In this document: in pieces, positions 35,793-46,054 of the stretch
How positions within the stretch are numbered: the first letter of the stretch is position 1
How the letters are laid out: every line of letters starts with the position of its first letter
NCBI GenBank assembly: GCA_964576115.1
Contig: CAZNUA010000027.1
Span: 1 to 48,244, forward strand
Direction of reading: 5' to 3'
Source: an uncultured Gemmatimonadota bacterium
GTDB lineage: Bacteria; Blakebacterota; Blakebacteria; Blakebacterales; Blakebacteraceae
Length of the DNA: 48,244 nt
The notes under the pieces: generated by a model
Seen by the model: the letters and a program-made list of their open reading frames with translations, nothing else
Databases searched by the model: none
What the model was told of the DNA's origin: nothing
Program-made: the position numbers and the translations under genes

Positions 35793-37880
35793 GTGAAAGA
35801 ATACACGAGTGACGCCATCCGAAACGTGGCCCTGGTGGGTCACGGCGATTCCGGCAAGACGACCCTGGTCGATGCCTTCCTTGTCACCGCCGGCGACGTT
35901 AGCCGGATCGGGAGTGTGGAGGCGGGCAACACCGTTTCCGATTTCACCGATGAGGAGAAGGAGCGGCAGATCACGATCAACACCTCCTTCATCTTCACCG
36001 AATACGGGGGCAGGAAGATCAACTTTCTCGACACCCCCGGGTTCGCCGACTTCCTGGCCGAGGTGCGGGGTTCCCTGCAGGTCGTCGAAGCCGCCCTGGT
36101 CGTTCTCAAGGCCGACGCCGGCCTCGAGGTGGGCACCGAGCAGGTCTGGCGATACGCCCGCGAGGCGGGGGTGCCGCGGATCCTGCTGGTCAACAAACTG
36201 GACAAGGAACACACAGATTTCGACGCCATCGTCACAGCGGCAATCGATCGTTTCGGCACCGGGGTGGCGCCGCTGCAGTTCCCGGTCAATCCCGGCCCCG
36301 ATTTCACCACCGTCGTGGATCTGCTCAAGAACCGGGCTCTCGTGTTCGAACCCGACGGCAAGGGCTCGTACACCGAAACCGATATCCCCGAGGGTGCCGC
36401 CGCAAAGGCTGCCGAGCTGCGCGAGACCCTGGTCGAGGCTGCAGCCGAGGCCGACGACGCCCTGATGGAAAAGTACTTCGAGGAAGGCGATCTGGGGCCC
36501 GAAGATATCCTTTCCGGCCTGCTCAAGGGCATCCGGGAGGGTACCGTGCATCCCATCCTCTGCTCGGCTGCGGAACTGAACATCGGCACCGGCCGGGTTC
36601 TGGAACTACTCAACGAGATGGTTCCCGCATCTGAACAGATGCCCCCCCTGAACGGCACCGATCGCAACGGCGAGGAGGCCGAGCGCGAGCGTAGCGATTC
36701 AGCCCCCTTCGCCGGGCAGGTCTTCAAGACCCTCTCCGAAGCCCACGTCGGCGAGCTTTCCTTCCTTAAGGTCTTCTCCGGCACGCTCGAAGCGGGACAG
36801 GAGGCGCTGAACATCACCCGGAACTCCAAGGAGCGCCTGGGCAGTCTGAGCCTGCTCAAGGGACACACCCGGACCGAGATCGAAAAGGTCCACGCCGGTG
36901 ACATCGTGGCCCTGGTCAAACTCAAGGATACTCATACCGGTGATACCCTCTGCGCACCCTCCCAGCCCTTCGCCTGTCCGCCGATCCTGTTCCCCGAACC
37001 GGTCATCAGGATCGCCATCGAACCGGTCGGCAAGGGGGACGAGGCCAAGCTTTCGACCGGACTGCAGAGACTGCACGAAGAAGACCCCTCGGTGCACGTC
37101 GAGGCCGATCCCGAACTGCACCAGACCCTGCTCTACGGCCAGGGCGAAGTGCAGCTCGAAGTCATGATCAAGAAGCTGGCCGCCCGTTTCGGGGTCGAGG
37201 TCGAGACCCACGAACCGAAAGTCAAGTACCGCGAGACGATCACGAAACCGTCCGATGCCCACGCCCGGCACAAGAAGCAGACCGGCGGCCGGGGCCAGTT
37301 CGCCGACGTGCGTATCAAGCTGGATCCGAAGACCCGGGGTGAGGGGTATGAGTTCGTTGACAAGATCGTCGGCGGGGCGATCCCCAACCGCTTCATCCCC
37401 TCGGTCGACAAGGGCGCGAAGGCAGCCGCGGCCCGGGGGGTGATCGCCGGGTACCCCTGCGTCGATTTCACCCTGACCCTCTACGACGGCACCTTCCACG
37501 ATGTGGACTCTTCCGATGCCGCCTTCCAGCGGGCGGCCTCGATGGCCTTCAAGCAGGCCTGGCGCGACGCCGGCCCGATCCTGCTCGAGCCGATCTACAA
37601 CGTCGAGGTGCTCGTGCCCGAGGAGTATACCGGCGACATCATGGCCGATATTTCCTCGCGCCGCGGCAAGGTCGAGGGGGTGACCAGCGAGGGGCCCTTC
37701 CAGGTCGTCCAGGCCAAAGTGCCGCTCGGCGAGCTCTACAAGTACTCGACCGCCCTGCGTTCGATGACCCAGGGCCGGGCTACCCATTCCCGCGAGTTCG
37801 ATCACTACGAACCGGTCCCGCACGACGTGCAGCAGCGCATCATCGCCCAGGCGGAGCTGGAGGAGGAAGAGGAGGACTAG
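35793..37880 (+). CDS. fusA: Elongation factor G paralog (EF-G2 / EF-G II type)
   Basis: IRNVALVGHGDSGKTT, EKERQITI, DTPGFADF, NKLD, YRETI, KQTGGRGQF, HDVDSS, LLEPI, LRSMTQGR. Not in an rpsL-rpsG context. Confidence 0.92.
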   Translation: MKEYTSDAIRNVALVGHGDSGKTTLVDAFLVTAGDVSRIGSVEAGNTVSDFTDEEKERQITINTSFIFTEYGGRKINFLDTPGFADFLAEVRGSLQVVEAALVVLKADAGLEVGTEQVWRYAREAGVPRILLVNKLDKEHTDFDAIVTAAIDRFGTGVAPLQFPVNPGPDFTTVVDLLKNRALVFEPDGKGSYTETDIPEGAAAKAAELRETLVEAAAEADDALMEKYFEEGDLGPEDILSGLLKGIREGTVHPILCSAAELNIGTGRVLELLNEMVPASEQMPPLNGTDRNGEEAERERSDSAPFAGQVFKTLSEAHVGELSFLKVFSGTLEAGQEALNITRNSKERLGSLSLLKGHTRTEIEKVHAGDIVALVKLKDTHTGDTLCAPSQPFACPPILFPEPVIRIAIEPVGKGDEAKLSTGLQRLHEEDPSVHVEADPELHQTLLYGQGEVQLEVMIKKLAARFGVEVETHEPKVKYRETITKPSDAHARHKKQTGGRGQFADVRIKLDPKTRGEGYEFVDKIVGGAIPNRFIPSVDKGAKAAAARGVIAGYPCVDFTLTLYDGTFHDVDSSDAAFQRAASMAFKQAWRDAGPILLEPIYNVEVLVPEEYTGDIMADISSRRGKVEGVTSEGPFQVVQAKVPLGELYKYSTALRSMTQGRATHSREFDHYEPVPHDVQQRIIAQAELEEEEED

Positions 37881-37882
37881 GC

Positions 37883-40168
37883 ATGGTGTCCATGAAGAGA
37901 GACTCGATCATCACCCTGCTTCACTATCCGCTGGTGGGAGCCTTCATGCTCCTGCTCTTCGGCTGCGCCGGTTCGAGTCAGATGGAACAACCCGCGTCGA
38001 TCGAGCCGCCCCCGCCCGCCGAAGCCACCGCCCCGGTCATCGAGGAGGAGATACCGCAGACCCTGCACACCCTCGAAGAGATCCTCGGACCGATCAGTTT
38101 CGATCCCGACACCGTTCGGGCGGGCCGCTTCGACACGGGCAGGATGTGGCTCTTCGAGGCCCCCCCGATCGACTGGTTCGCCGAGGCTTACGGCTTCACC
38201 CCCGACGAGGCCTGGTTCGCCAAGGCCCGCAGTGCCTCGCTGCGCAACAACGGCGGGGAGTGCTCCTCATCCTTTGTGTCCCCCAACGGTCTGATCTTCA
38301 CCAACCACCACTGCGGCCGCAGCTATGTGACCCAGGTCACGCGCGAAGGGGAGAACTTGCTCGAGGAGGGATTTTACGCCCCGACCCTTGCCGAAGAGCG
38401 GCCGATCGAGGGCTTCTTCATCGACCAGATCGTGGATATCATCGATGTCAGTGCCCGGGTCCACGCCGCCATGGATGCGGTCGAGAATCCGGCCGCCAAG
38501 CAGCAGGCGCGCGATAACGAAATCGAGGCCATCCAGACCGAGTTCGACGCGCAGAACGGCATGGTCAACGAGATCGTCGAGCTCTTCAACGGCGGCCGTT
38601 ACTCGGTCTACACCTTCAAGCGCTACACCGATGTACGGCTGGTGATGGCCCCCGAACTCGAGATCGGCTATTTCGGCGGCGATCCCGACAACTTCACCTA
38701 CCCGCGCTACAATCTCGACATCACCTTCATGAGGGTGTACGAAGACGGCGAGCCGGTCGACAGTTCCGGTTTCTACTACCCGTGGAGCATCGAGGGGGCC
38801 GAGGCGGGGGACCCGGTTTTCGTGGTCGGCAACCCGGGCAACACCAGCCGTCTGAGTACTGTGGCCCAGCTGGCTCACTTCCGCGACTACCAGTACGCCT
38901 ACACGCTGCACATGCTCGAGACCCGTATGAAGGCCCTGCGCACCTTCCTCGACGAGCACCCCGACCTGCCCGACTGGGAGGTGCAGAACAACTTCTGGTT
39001 CAATATCTCCAACGGCGAGAAGTCCTTCCGCGGCCGTATGGAAGGCCTGCTCGATCCCTGGACCCTGGCCCGCAAGGCGGCCTGGGAGGAGGAATTCCGA
39101 CGTGCGGTCGTCAACGATCCCGTGCTGTTCGAGCAATACGGCGATCCATGGACCGAGATAGGCGAGGCGTACTTCGATCTCGAACCCTATGCGGCCGACC
39201 TCTATGTGCACCGCTACACCAACATCGGCGACCGGCTGAGTTCCGTACTGCTCGGCCGGGCTTTCCTGCTGCAGCAGTACCGTTTCCTGGCCGAGCAGGG
39301 CATGGCGGCCAGTAACGAGAACATGCAGGACCTGCGCCAGCAGATCCTGGCCGAGAGCACCCGTCACCCCGATTACGAACGCGCCATGCTCGCCGCCCAG
39401 CTCTCCGATCTGCAGCGCTTTCTGGGCGAGGAGGATCCGCTGGTACGGGCCCTGCTCGGAATGCGCACCTGTGACGCTGCGGCCGGGGACCTGATCAACC
39501 GTACCGTCATGAACGACCGGGCCGCGCTGGAGGCGATGCTCGACGGCGCTCCCGGCGTCATCGCCTCGACGAGCGATCCGATCGTGCAGGGCCTCGACGG
39601 CCTGCTCCCGCGCCTGATCCGGATGCAGATGGCCTCCGATGTCGCCTTCGGACGCGAGGCCGATGCCGTCGCCCGGCTGGCCCGGGCGGTCTATGACGTC
39701 TACGGCGATTCGATTCCGCCCGATGCCACCTCATCGCTGCGTATCCAGGACGGGGTGGTGACCGGGTATCCCTACAACGGTACCCGGGCTCCGGTCTACA
39801 CGACCTTCTACGGTCTGTACGATCGCTGGGCGAGCAACGGCAAGGTCTACCCCTGGGCCCTGCCCGAGCGCTGGCAGAACCCGCCCCCCGAATTCGACCT
39901 CGACACGCCCCTGAACTTCGTGTCGACCTGTGATATCATCGGGGGGAACTCGGGCAGCCCGGTTCTGAACACCGAGCTGGAGATCGTCGGGATCGCTTTC
40001 GACGGCAACATCGAGAGTCTGCCCGGCGATTACATCTTCCTGCCCGAGATCAACCGCTGTGTCTCGGTTCACTCGGCCGGGGTATTCGAGGCCATTCGGG
40101 ACCTCTTCGGATACACCACCCTGGCCGCAGAGCTGCAGAACGGCACTCCGCCCCCCGACGGGGAGTAG
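37883..40168 (+). CDS. S46 family dipeptidyl peptidase (DPP7-like) lipoprotein
   Basis: GRMW, SFVSPNGLIFTNHHC, FGGDPDNFTYPRY, PDATSSLR, DIIGGNSGSPV, FDGNIES; LFGC lipobox. Confidence 0.93.
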   Translation: MVSMKRDSIITLLHYPLVGAFMLLLFGCAGSSQMEQPASIEPPPPAEATAPVIEEEIPQTLHTLEEILGPISFDPDTVRAGRFDTGRMWLFEAPPIDWFAEAYGFTPDEAWFAKARSASLRNNGGECSSSFVSPNGLIFTNHHCGRSYVTQVTREGENLLEEGFYAPTLAEERPIEGFFIDQIVDIIDVSARVHAAMDAVENPAAKQQARDNEIEAIQTEFDAQNGMVNEIVELFNGGRYSVYTFKRYTDVRLVMAPELEIGYFGGDPDNFTYPRYNLDITFMRVYEDGEPVDSSGFYYPWSIEGAEAGDPVFVVGNPGNTSRLSTVAQLAHFRDYQYAYTLHMLETRMKALRTFLDEHPDLPDWEVQNNFWFNISNGEKSFRGRMEGLLDPWTLARKAAWEEEFRRAVVNDPVLFEQYGDPWTEIGEAYFDLEPYAADLYVHRYTNIGDRLSSVLLGRAFLLQQYRFLAEQGMAASNENMQDLRQQILAESTRHPDYERAMLAAQLSDLQRFLGEEDPLVRALLGMRTCDAAAGDLINRTVMNDRAALEAMLDGAPGVIASTSDPIVQGLDGLLPRLIRMQMASDVAFGREADAVARLARAVYDVYGDSIPPDATSSLRIQDGVVTGYPYNGTRAPVYTTFYGLYDRWASNGKVYPWALPERWQNPPPEFDLDTPLNFVSTCDIIGGNSGSPVLNTELEIVGIAFDGNIESLPGDYIFLPEINRCVSVHSAGVFEAIRDLFGYTTLAAELQNGTPPPDGE

Positions 40169-40189
40169 GGGTCCAGATGAGGTGAGGCC

Positions 40190-40969
40190 ATGTCGGGTCA
40201 TTCGAAATGGGCCACGATCAAGCGCAAGAAGGCCCGGACCGATGCCGCCCGGGGGAAGCTCTTTTCGCGGCTGACCCGGGAGATCATCGTTGCGGCGCGC
40301 GAGGGGGGCGGCGATCCCGACGCCAACACCCGCCTGCGCACGGCCATCGAGAACGCCAGGGCCAACAACCTGCCCAATGACAACATCGAGCGGGCCGTCA
40401 AGCGGGGTACGGGTGACCTGCCCGGGGTGGAGTACGAGGAGGCCTCGTACGAGCTCTATGCCCCCGGCGGGGTGGCGATCATCGTCGAAACCCTGACCGA
40501 CAACCGTAACCGCACCGTCTCCGAAATCCGGCACATCGTCACCAAATACAACGGCACCATGGCCGAGGCCGGCAGCGTGAGCTGGCAGTTCGAGAAGAAG
40601 GGGACTTTCGTGGTCGAAGCCGGGACCGGTGAGGGCGAGGAGGAAGGCCGGGAGGTCGACGAGGACACCCTGCTCGAGGTCGTTCTCGAAGCCGGCGCCG
40701 AGGACCTCGAAGCCGAGGATGGTCTCTTCTACGTCACCTGTCCGGTCGAGGCTTTCGCGGCGGTGCGCGACGCTCTGAGCGAAGCCGGGATCGGCTTTCG
40801 CGACGCGGCCATCAGTCAGGTGCCGCAGAACGACCTGATGCTCGAACCCGCCCAGCAGGGCACCGCTCTCCGGATCCTCGAGGCCCTCGAAGAGCAGGAT
40901 GACGTCCAGAACGTCTGGACCAATCTCGACATCCAGGACGACGCCCTCGACAACCCGGATCCGGAGTGA
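40190..40969 (+). CDS. yebC: YebC/PmpR family protein
   Basis: MSGHSKWATIKRKK, GGGDPDANTRLR, LTDNRNRT, DDVQNVWTN; upstream of ruvC. Confidence 0.96.
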   Translation: MSGHSKWATIKRKKARTDAARGKLFSRLTREIIVAAREGGGDPDANTRLRTAIENARANNLPNDNIERAVKRGTGDLPGVEYEEASYELYAPGGVAIIVETLTDNRNRTVSEIRHIVTKYNGTMAEAGSVSWQFEKKGTFVVEAGTGEGEEEGREVDEDTLLEVVLEAGAEDLEAEDGLFYVTCPVEAFAAVRDALSEAGIGFRDAAISQVPQNDLMLEPAQQGTALRILEALEEQDDVQNVWTNLDIQDDALDNPDPE

Positions 40970-41472
40970 GCCCCGGCGCCCCCGAACGACGGATCCTCGG
41001 TCTCGATCCGGGATCGCTCGTCACCGGTTGGGGGGTCATCGGGGTGTCGGGTTCGCAACTGCACGCTCTCGATTCCGGGGTCATCCGGCCCGACCGGAAA
41101 GCCTCGCTGGCTAAACGGCTGTGCCAGCTCCACGAGGGAATCGGCGGGATCATCGCCGCAGCCCGGCCCGATGAAGCGGCGATCGAAGAGGTCTATGTGG
41201 CCCGCAACGCCCGCTCGGCGCTCGTTCTCGGCCACGCTCGCGGAGTGATCATGCTGGCTTGCATCGAGCATGGCCTCGAACCGCACGAATACAGCGCCAA
41301 CACCGTCAAGCAGGCCGTACTCGGTTCGGGGGGCGGGGGAGCCTCGAAGGAGCGGGTCGCTTTCATGGTCAAGGCCCTGCTGGGCCTGGAGCGGATCCCC
41401 GAACCCGACGATATCACCGACGCCCTGGCCTGTGCGATCTGTCACGCCAACCGACGGGAGGTGCCCGGGTGA
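40966..41472 (+). CDS. ruvC: Holliday junction resolvase RuvC
   Basis: ILGLDPG, AIEEVY, LGHARGV, VKQAVLG, DDITDALACAICH. Confidence 0.96.
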   Translation: MSPGAPERRILGLDPGSLVTGWGVIGVSGSQLHALDSGVIRPDRKASLAKRLCQLHEGIGGIIAAARPDEAAIEEVYVARNARSALVLGHARGVIMLACIEHGLEPHEYSANTVKQAVLGSGGGGASKERVAFMVKALLGLERIPEPDDITDALACAICHANRREVPG

Positions 41473-42080
41473 TCAGCTCGCTTCACGGCCGGTTGCTCGA
41501 AAAACATCCCGCCGAGGCGATCATCGAGGTCGCCGGGGTGGGCTTTCGCTGCCGTATCAGCCTGGCTACCTACAGCGCCCTGCCCGAGGAAGACGAGACG
41601 GTCGCACTGCTGACCGAACTCATCATCAGGGATGACGGTGCCGACCTGTACGGCTTCGCCGAGGAGGCCGAACGCACCCTGTTCGGACTCCTGACGGCGG
41701 TGTCGGGGGTTGGGCCTAGAATGGCCCAGGGCATCCTCTCGGGACTCTCCGTGGAGGAGTTCGCACGGGCTCTGGCGGCCGAAGACCTGGTCACCCTGAC
41801 CGGGATCAAAGGGGTCGGTCGGAAGACGGCGGAGAGGCTCGTCCTGGAGCTCAAAGAGAAGCTTCCCCATCTCGCCGAGGTGGCCGGCGAGGCCGTACCG
41901 CTGGCCGAGGAACAGGGTGAAGAAGCTGCCGCCTGGCAGGAGGAGGCGGTTCTGGCGCTGCGCTCGCTCGGTTACGGAACAGGCGAGGCCGAGGTGGCCG
42001 TGCGTCGTGCGGTCGAGCAGATGGAGGGAGAACCGACCGTCGAAGCGCTCGTGAAGAGGGCCCTGACGCTCGCCCGTTGA
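41469..42080 (+). CDS. ruvA: Holliday junction branch migration protein RuvA
   Basis: GTG 41469 overlaps the ruvC stop; [43 protein letters not shown]. Confidence 0.95.
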   Translation: MISSLHGRLLEKHPAEAIIEVAGVGFRCRISLATYSALPEEDETVALLTELIIRDDGADLYGFAEEAERTLFGLLTAVSGVGPRMAQGILSGLSVEEFARALAAEDLVTLTGIKGVGRKTAERLVLELKEKLPHLAEVAGEAVPLAEEQGEEAAAWQEEAVLALRSLGYGTGEAEVAVRRAVEQMEGEPTVEALVKRALTLAR

Positions 42081-42105
42081 CCTCTGGCTGGATAGCGGGG
42101 TTGCG

Positions 42106-43194
42106 ATGACGAGTGAACCACGCATCACCACCCCCGGTCCCACCGGTGATGAACTCGAGTACGAAGAGGTCCTGCGCCCGCGCTCGTTCGACCAGTTCGC
42201 CGGACAGAGTTCCGCGGTCGAGAACCTGCGCCTCTTTATCGAAGCGGCCCGTCAGCGTTCCGAACCTCTCGATCACCTGCTTCTCTTCGGTCCCCCCGGT
42301 CTGGGCAAGACCACACTGGCTCACATCGTCGCCAACGAACTGGGAGTGGAGCGCAAGTCCACGTCCGGTCCGGTCCTGGAACGTCCCGGCGACCTGGCCG
42401 GCATACTGACCGGAATCAACTCCGGAGACGTTCTCTTCATCGACGAAGTGCACCGCCTCGGTCCGGTAGTCGAAGAGTACCTCTATTCGGCCATGGAAGA
42501 TTTCCACCTCGACATCATGATCGACCGCGGGCCGGGAGCCCGCTCGGTCAAACTCAATCTCGACCGTTTCACCCTCATCGGCGCCACCACCCGGGCCGGT
42601 ATGCTCACCGGTGCCCTGCGGGCCCGTTTCGGACTGACCATCCGGCTCGATTTCTACTCTCCCGAGGAGCTGGCCGTCATTCTGACCCGTTCGGCCCGGG
42701 TCCTCGACACCCGTCTCGATGCCGAGGGAGGCCGCGAGATCGCCCGGCGCAGCCGGGGAACCCCGCGGATCGCCAACCGTCTGCTCAGGCGGGCCCGCGA
42801 CGTGGCCCAGGTGCGCGGCGACGGGGTCGTCACCCGGGCCGTGGCCGAGGAAACCCTGCGCCTGCTCGGTGTCGACGAGCTGGGCCTGGACGAGATGGAC
42901 CGCCGCTTCCTGCTGATTCTCATCGATCAGTTCGGCGGCGGTCCGGTCGGGATCGGTTCCCTGGCCGTGGCGGTGGGCGAAGAAGCCGAGACCCTCGAGG
43001 TCGTTCACGAGCCCTACCTGATACAGCAGGGCCTGTTGCACCGCACCCCCCGCGGCCGGGTTGTCACCGAACACGCCTGGCGGCACTTCGGGCGCACTCC
43101 GCCGGCGGGGGCCGGCAGTGCCGGAACGGAACCGCAGAACGATCTCTTCACCACCTCCGGCTCTGAGGAGGAGGAGAAGGAGGAGGATTCATGA
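42106..43194 (+). CDS. ruvB: Holliday junction helicase RuvB
   Basis: [59 protein letters not shown]. Confidence 0.97.
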   Translation: MTSEPRITTPGPTGDELEYEEVLRPRSFDQFAGQSSAVENLRLFIEAARQRSEPLDHLLLFGPPGLGKTTLAHIVANELGVERKSTSGPVLERPGDLAGILTGINSGDVLFIDEVHRLGPVVEEYLYSAMEDFHLDIMIDRGPGARSVKLNLDRFTLIGATTRAGMLTGALRARFGLTIRLDFYSPEELAVILTRSARVLDTRLDAEGGREIARRSRGTPRIANRLLRRARDVAQVRGDGVVTRAVAEETLRLLGVDELGLDEMDRRFLLILIDQFGGGPVGIGSLAVAVGEEAETLEVVHEPYLIQQGLLHRTPRGRVVTEHAWRHFGRTPPAGAGSAGTEPQNDLFTTSGSEEEEKEEDS

Positions 43195-43901
43195 CGGCTG
43201 ATGTCACCGCCATTATCGTGGCGGCGGGAGAGGGTCGCCGGATGGGACGACCGAAACCGAAACAGTTTCTCGACCTGGCCGGCCGACCTCTTTTCAGCTG
43301 GGCCCTGCTTCCCTTCGAAGCCCATCCCGATGTGGCGGCGATCGTGGTGGTCCTGCCTGCCGGCGATGTCGCCAGCTGGACCAGGTCGTTGACCGAGGAG
43401 TTCGGTTTCAGCAAGATTGTTGCGGTGGTGCCCGGTGGAGAGCGGCGGCAGGACTCGGTCCGATCCGGGCTGGAGATGGCCCGGAGCCGGGCCTGCCCGG
43501 AGTGCCGGCTGGTGGCGATCCACGACGGAGCCCGACCCCTGTTGAGCATCGAACTGCTCGGCCGGTGCCTGACCGCGGCCCGCAAGTACGGGGCGGCGGT
43601 GCCGGTACTGGACCTCTCCGACACCCTCATCCGGATCGGCTCGGACGGGGCGTGGGCCGACACGATCGACCGCAGCGAACTGCGCCGGGTTCAGACCCCG
43701 CAGATCTTCGCGACCGACCTGCTGCGTGAGGCTCACGACACCGCGGGCGAGGAAGAGGTCACCGATGACGCCCAGCTCGTTGCCGCCCTGGGTCATCCGG
43801 TCGCACTCGTCCCCGGAGACGAACTCAACCTGAAAGTCACCGGCCCCGAGGATCTGGCTCGGGCCGAGCGGCTCATGGCCACCGGGAAGGAACCGGGATG
43901 A
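43191..43901 (+). CDS. ispD: 2-C-methyl-D-erythritol 4-phosphate cytidylyltransferase
   Basis: [48 protein letters not shown]. Confidence 0.95.
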   Translation: MTADVTAIIVAAGEGRRMGRPKPKQFLDLAGRPLFSWALLPFEAHPDVAAIVVVLPAGDVASWTRSLTEEFGFSKIVAVVPGGERRQDSVRSGLEMARSRACPECRLVAIHDGARPLLSIELLGRCLTAARKYGAAVPVLDLSDTLIRIGSDGAWADTIDRSELRRVQTPQIFATDLLREAHDTAGEEEVTDDAQLVAALGHPVALVPGDELNLKVTGPEDLARAERLMATGKEPG

Positions 43902-44407
43902 GGATAGGCTACGGTTTCGATATTCACCGCACCGATGCCGACCGGCCGCTGGTGCTCGGCGGGGTGACGATCGAGGGGGCTCCTTTCGGACTGGCCGGCC
44001 ATTCCGACGCCGACGTGGTGATTCACGCCCTGATCGACGCCCTGCTCGGAGCCCTGGCACTGGGAGATATCGGGGGCTGGTTCCCCGACCGCGATCCGCA
44101 GTGGGCCGGGGTCGATTCCCGCACTCTGCTCGAGCGTGTTGTCGGAGAAATCGTCCGGGCCGGCTACCGCCCCCGTAATGTCGATGTGACCGTGATCGCC
44201 GAACGGCCGCGACTGGCGCCGCGGATCGGGGCCATGCGCCGCTCGCTGGCCGGTCTGCTCGGATGCCCCGAAGAAGCGGTCTCGGTCAAGGCGACCACCC
44301 ACGAGGGGATCGGGCCCCTCGGCTCGCAGGAGGCGATTGCCGCCCACGCCGTCGCTCTGCTGACCCCGGTCGAGACGGGCCTGAGCGGAGAGGACACTGC
44401 ACCATGA
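43898..44407 (+). CDS. ispF: 2-C-methyl-D-erythritol 2,4-cyclodiphosphate synthase
   Basis: [38 protein letters not shown]. Confidence 0.96.
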   Translation: MRIGYGFDIHRTDADRPLVLGGVTIEGAPFGLAGHSDADVVIHALIDALLGALALGDIGGWFPDRDPQWAGVDSRTLLERVVGEIVRAGYRPRNVDVTVIAERPRLAPRIGAMRRSLAGLLGCPEEAVSVKATTHEGIGPLGSQEAIAAHAVALLTPVETGLSGEDTAP

Positions 44408-45387
44408 GCCGGACCGCATGTGTGGGAGTGCTGCTGGGGGGAACCAGCCCCGAACGGGAGGTCTCGCTGGCCTCCGGTTCGGCGGTGAGTCAGGCTCTGG
44501 TCGAAGAGGGCTGGAGTGTGCGGACCTACGATTACGGCGCCCCCGGCGAGGAAGAGTACGGCTCTCTGGCCGCCCGGCTCCTCAGGGCCCTGCAGGAGGG
44601 ACCGCTGCACGAAGCGGCGGTCGTTTTCATCGCCCTGCACGGCGGGGCGGGGGAGGACGGCCGGATCCAGAGCCTGCTCGAACTGGCGGAGGTGCCCTAC
44701 GTCGGGACCGGTCCCCTGGGAAGCGCCGTCGGTATGGACAAGTGGGTAACCAAGACGATCGTCCGCCGCGAGGGGATCCCGGTGCCGGGAGGGCGGCTCT
44801 GGCAGGCCGGATCGCCCACCCCGCCCGAGCTGATGCGGACCTGGGGGCGCGAACTCGGTTGGCCGCTCGTCATCAAGCCGGTCGACGGCGGTTCGACGGT
44901 CGGTTTCAGCCTGGCCGAGCATCCCGAGGAGGTGCCCGCCGCCCTGGCCGAGGCGGCCCGCTATTCGCCCCGGGTCCTGGTCGAGGAGTACATTGCGGGC
45001 CGGGAGGTGACCGTGGCGCTGGTCGGACAGCAGGCCCTGCCGGTCATCGAAATCATCCCCTCACACGGCGTCTATGATTATGAGTGCAAGTACACTGCGG
45101 GGCTGAGCCGGTACGTCTGTCCGGCCGATCTGCCCGAGGCGACGGCCGCCACTCTCTGTGAACACGCCCGGGCGGCGTTTGGGGCCCTGCAGCACCGCGA
45201 CCTCTCCCGGATGGATTTTCGCCTGGCTTCCGACGGGACGGGCTACCTGCTCGAGGGGAACACTCTGCCGGGTTTCACCTCCACCTCGCTGGTGCCCAAG
45301 GCCGCCGCAGCCGTCGGGACCGGTTTCGGGCCGCTCTGCAGCCGGCTGGTGGAGATGGCCCTGCAACGGGCCGGATACGTACCGTGA
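44404..45387 (+). CDS. ddl: D-alanine--D-alanine ligase
   Basis: GGTSPEREVSLASG, ALHGGAGEDG, MDK, VIKPVDGGSTVG, YDYECKY, RMDF, EGNTLPGFT; ATG 44404 overlaps the ispF stop. Confidence 0.95.
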   Translation: MSRTACVGVLLGGTSPEREVSLASGSAVSQALVEEGWSVRTYDYGAPGEEEYGSLAARLLRALQEGPLHEAAVVFIALHGGAGEDGRIQSLLELAEVPYVGTGPLGSAVGMDKWVTKTIVRREGIPVPGGRLWQAGSPTPPELMRTWGRELGWPLVIKPVDGGSTVGFSLAEHPEEVPAALAEAARYSPRVLVEEYIAGREVTVALVGQQALPVIEIIPSHGVYDYECKYTAGLSRYVCPADLPEATAATLCEHARAAFGALQHRDLSRMDFRLASDGTGYLLEGNTLPGFTSTSLVPKAAAAVGTGFGPLCSRLVEMALQRAGYVP

Positions 45388-46037
45388 GTACGGTTATCAA
45401 TCTCGCCCTGGCGGTGGTGCTCGTCCTGGCCACGGTCGGAGGAATACGCCGCGGCCTGCGCCGCGAGCTGATGAACATCGCCGGTCTGGTGGCGGCTCTG
45501 GCCGGCGGCATCTTTCTGGCCAAGCCGGTCTCGGCCCTGGTCTCGCGCTGGGGAGTGATCGAGGAGGTCCCCTATCTGCTGGCCTTTGTCATCGGCTTCA
45601 TCCTGGTTTCGTTCGGTTTCAGTATGCTCAAGGGGCCCTTCCTGCCCAAGGAGATCGACACCGCCGAACGGATCTCGGGGGGTATCGTCGGTTTCGGCAA
45701 GGGCGTGTTCTTCGCCGCCCTGCTGCTGTACGCTCTGGTGGGGATCTGGCCCCGGCTCTCCGAAGAGGCCGGTGAGGCCCTCATGGTCAGGATCGTTCTG
45801 CCCGGCACCATCGCCGTCGATGCCCTGGCGGGAGCCATCACTCCCCTGCTGCCCGAGGATCTGACCGCCCAGGTCAGGAGCGGGTTCGCTTTCTTCCGCG
45901 AGACACGGGAGCAGATCAGAGAAACGCTGGATACCTTCGGAGCGGTCGGCGAAACGGCCCGGGCCTACGAGCAGAAGATGCAGGAGAGCGCCGCAGTCGC
46001 CGATTCTCTGGCCGGCATCATCGACCCGCCTCCCTGA
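45384..46037 (+). CDS. cvpA: CvpA family membrane protein
   Basis: GIRRGLRREL, ERISGGIVGFGKG; about four hydrophobic helices. Confidence 0.8.
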   Translation: MSTVINLALAVVLVLATVGGIRRGLRRELMNIAGLVAALAGGIFLAKPVSALVSRWGVIEEVPYLLAFVIGFILVSFGFSMLKGPFLPKEIDTAERISGGIVGFGKGVFFAALLLYALVGIWPRLSEEAGEALMVRIVLPGTIAVDALAGAITPLLPEDLTAQVRSGFAFFRETREQIRETLDTFGAVGETARAYEQKMQESAAVADSLAGIIDPPP

Positions 46038-46054
46038 ACGGAAAGGGCGCGTTC

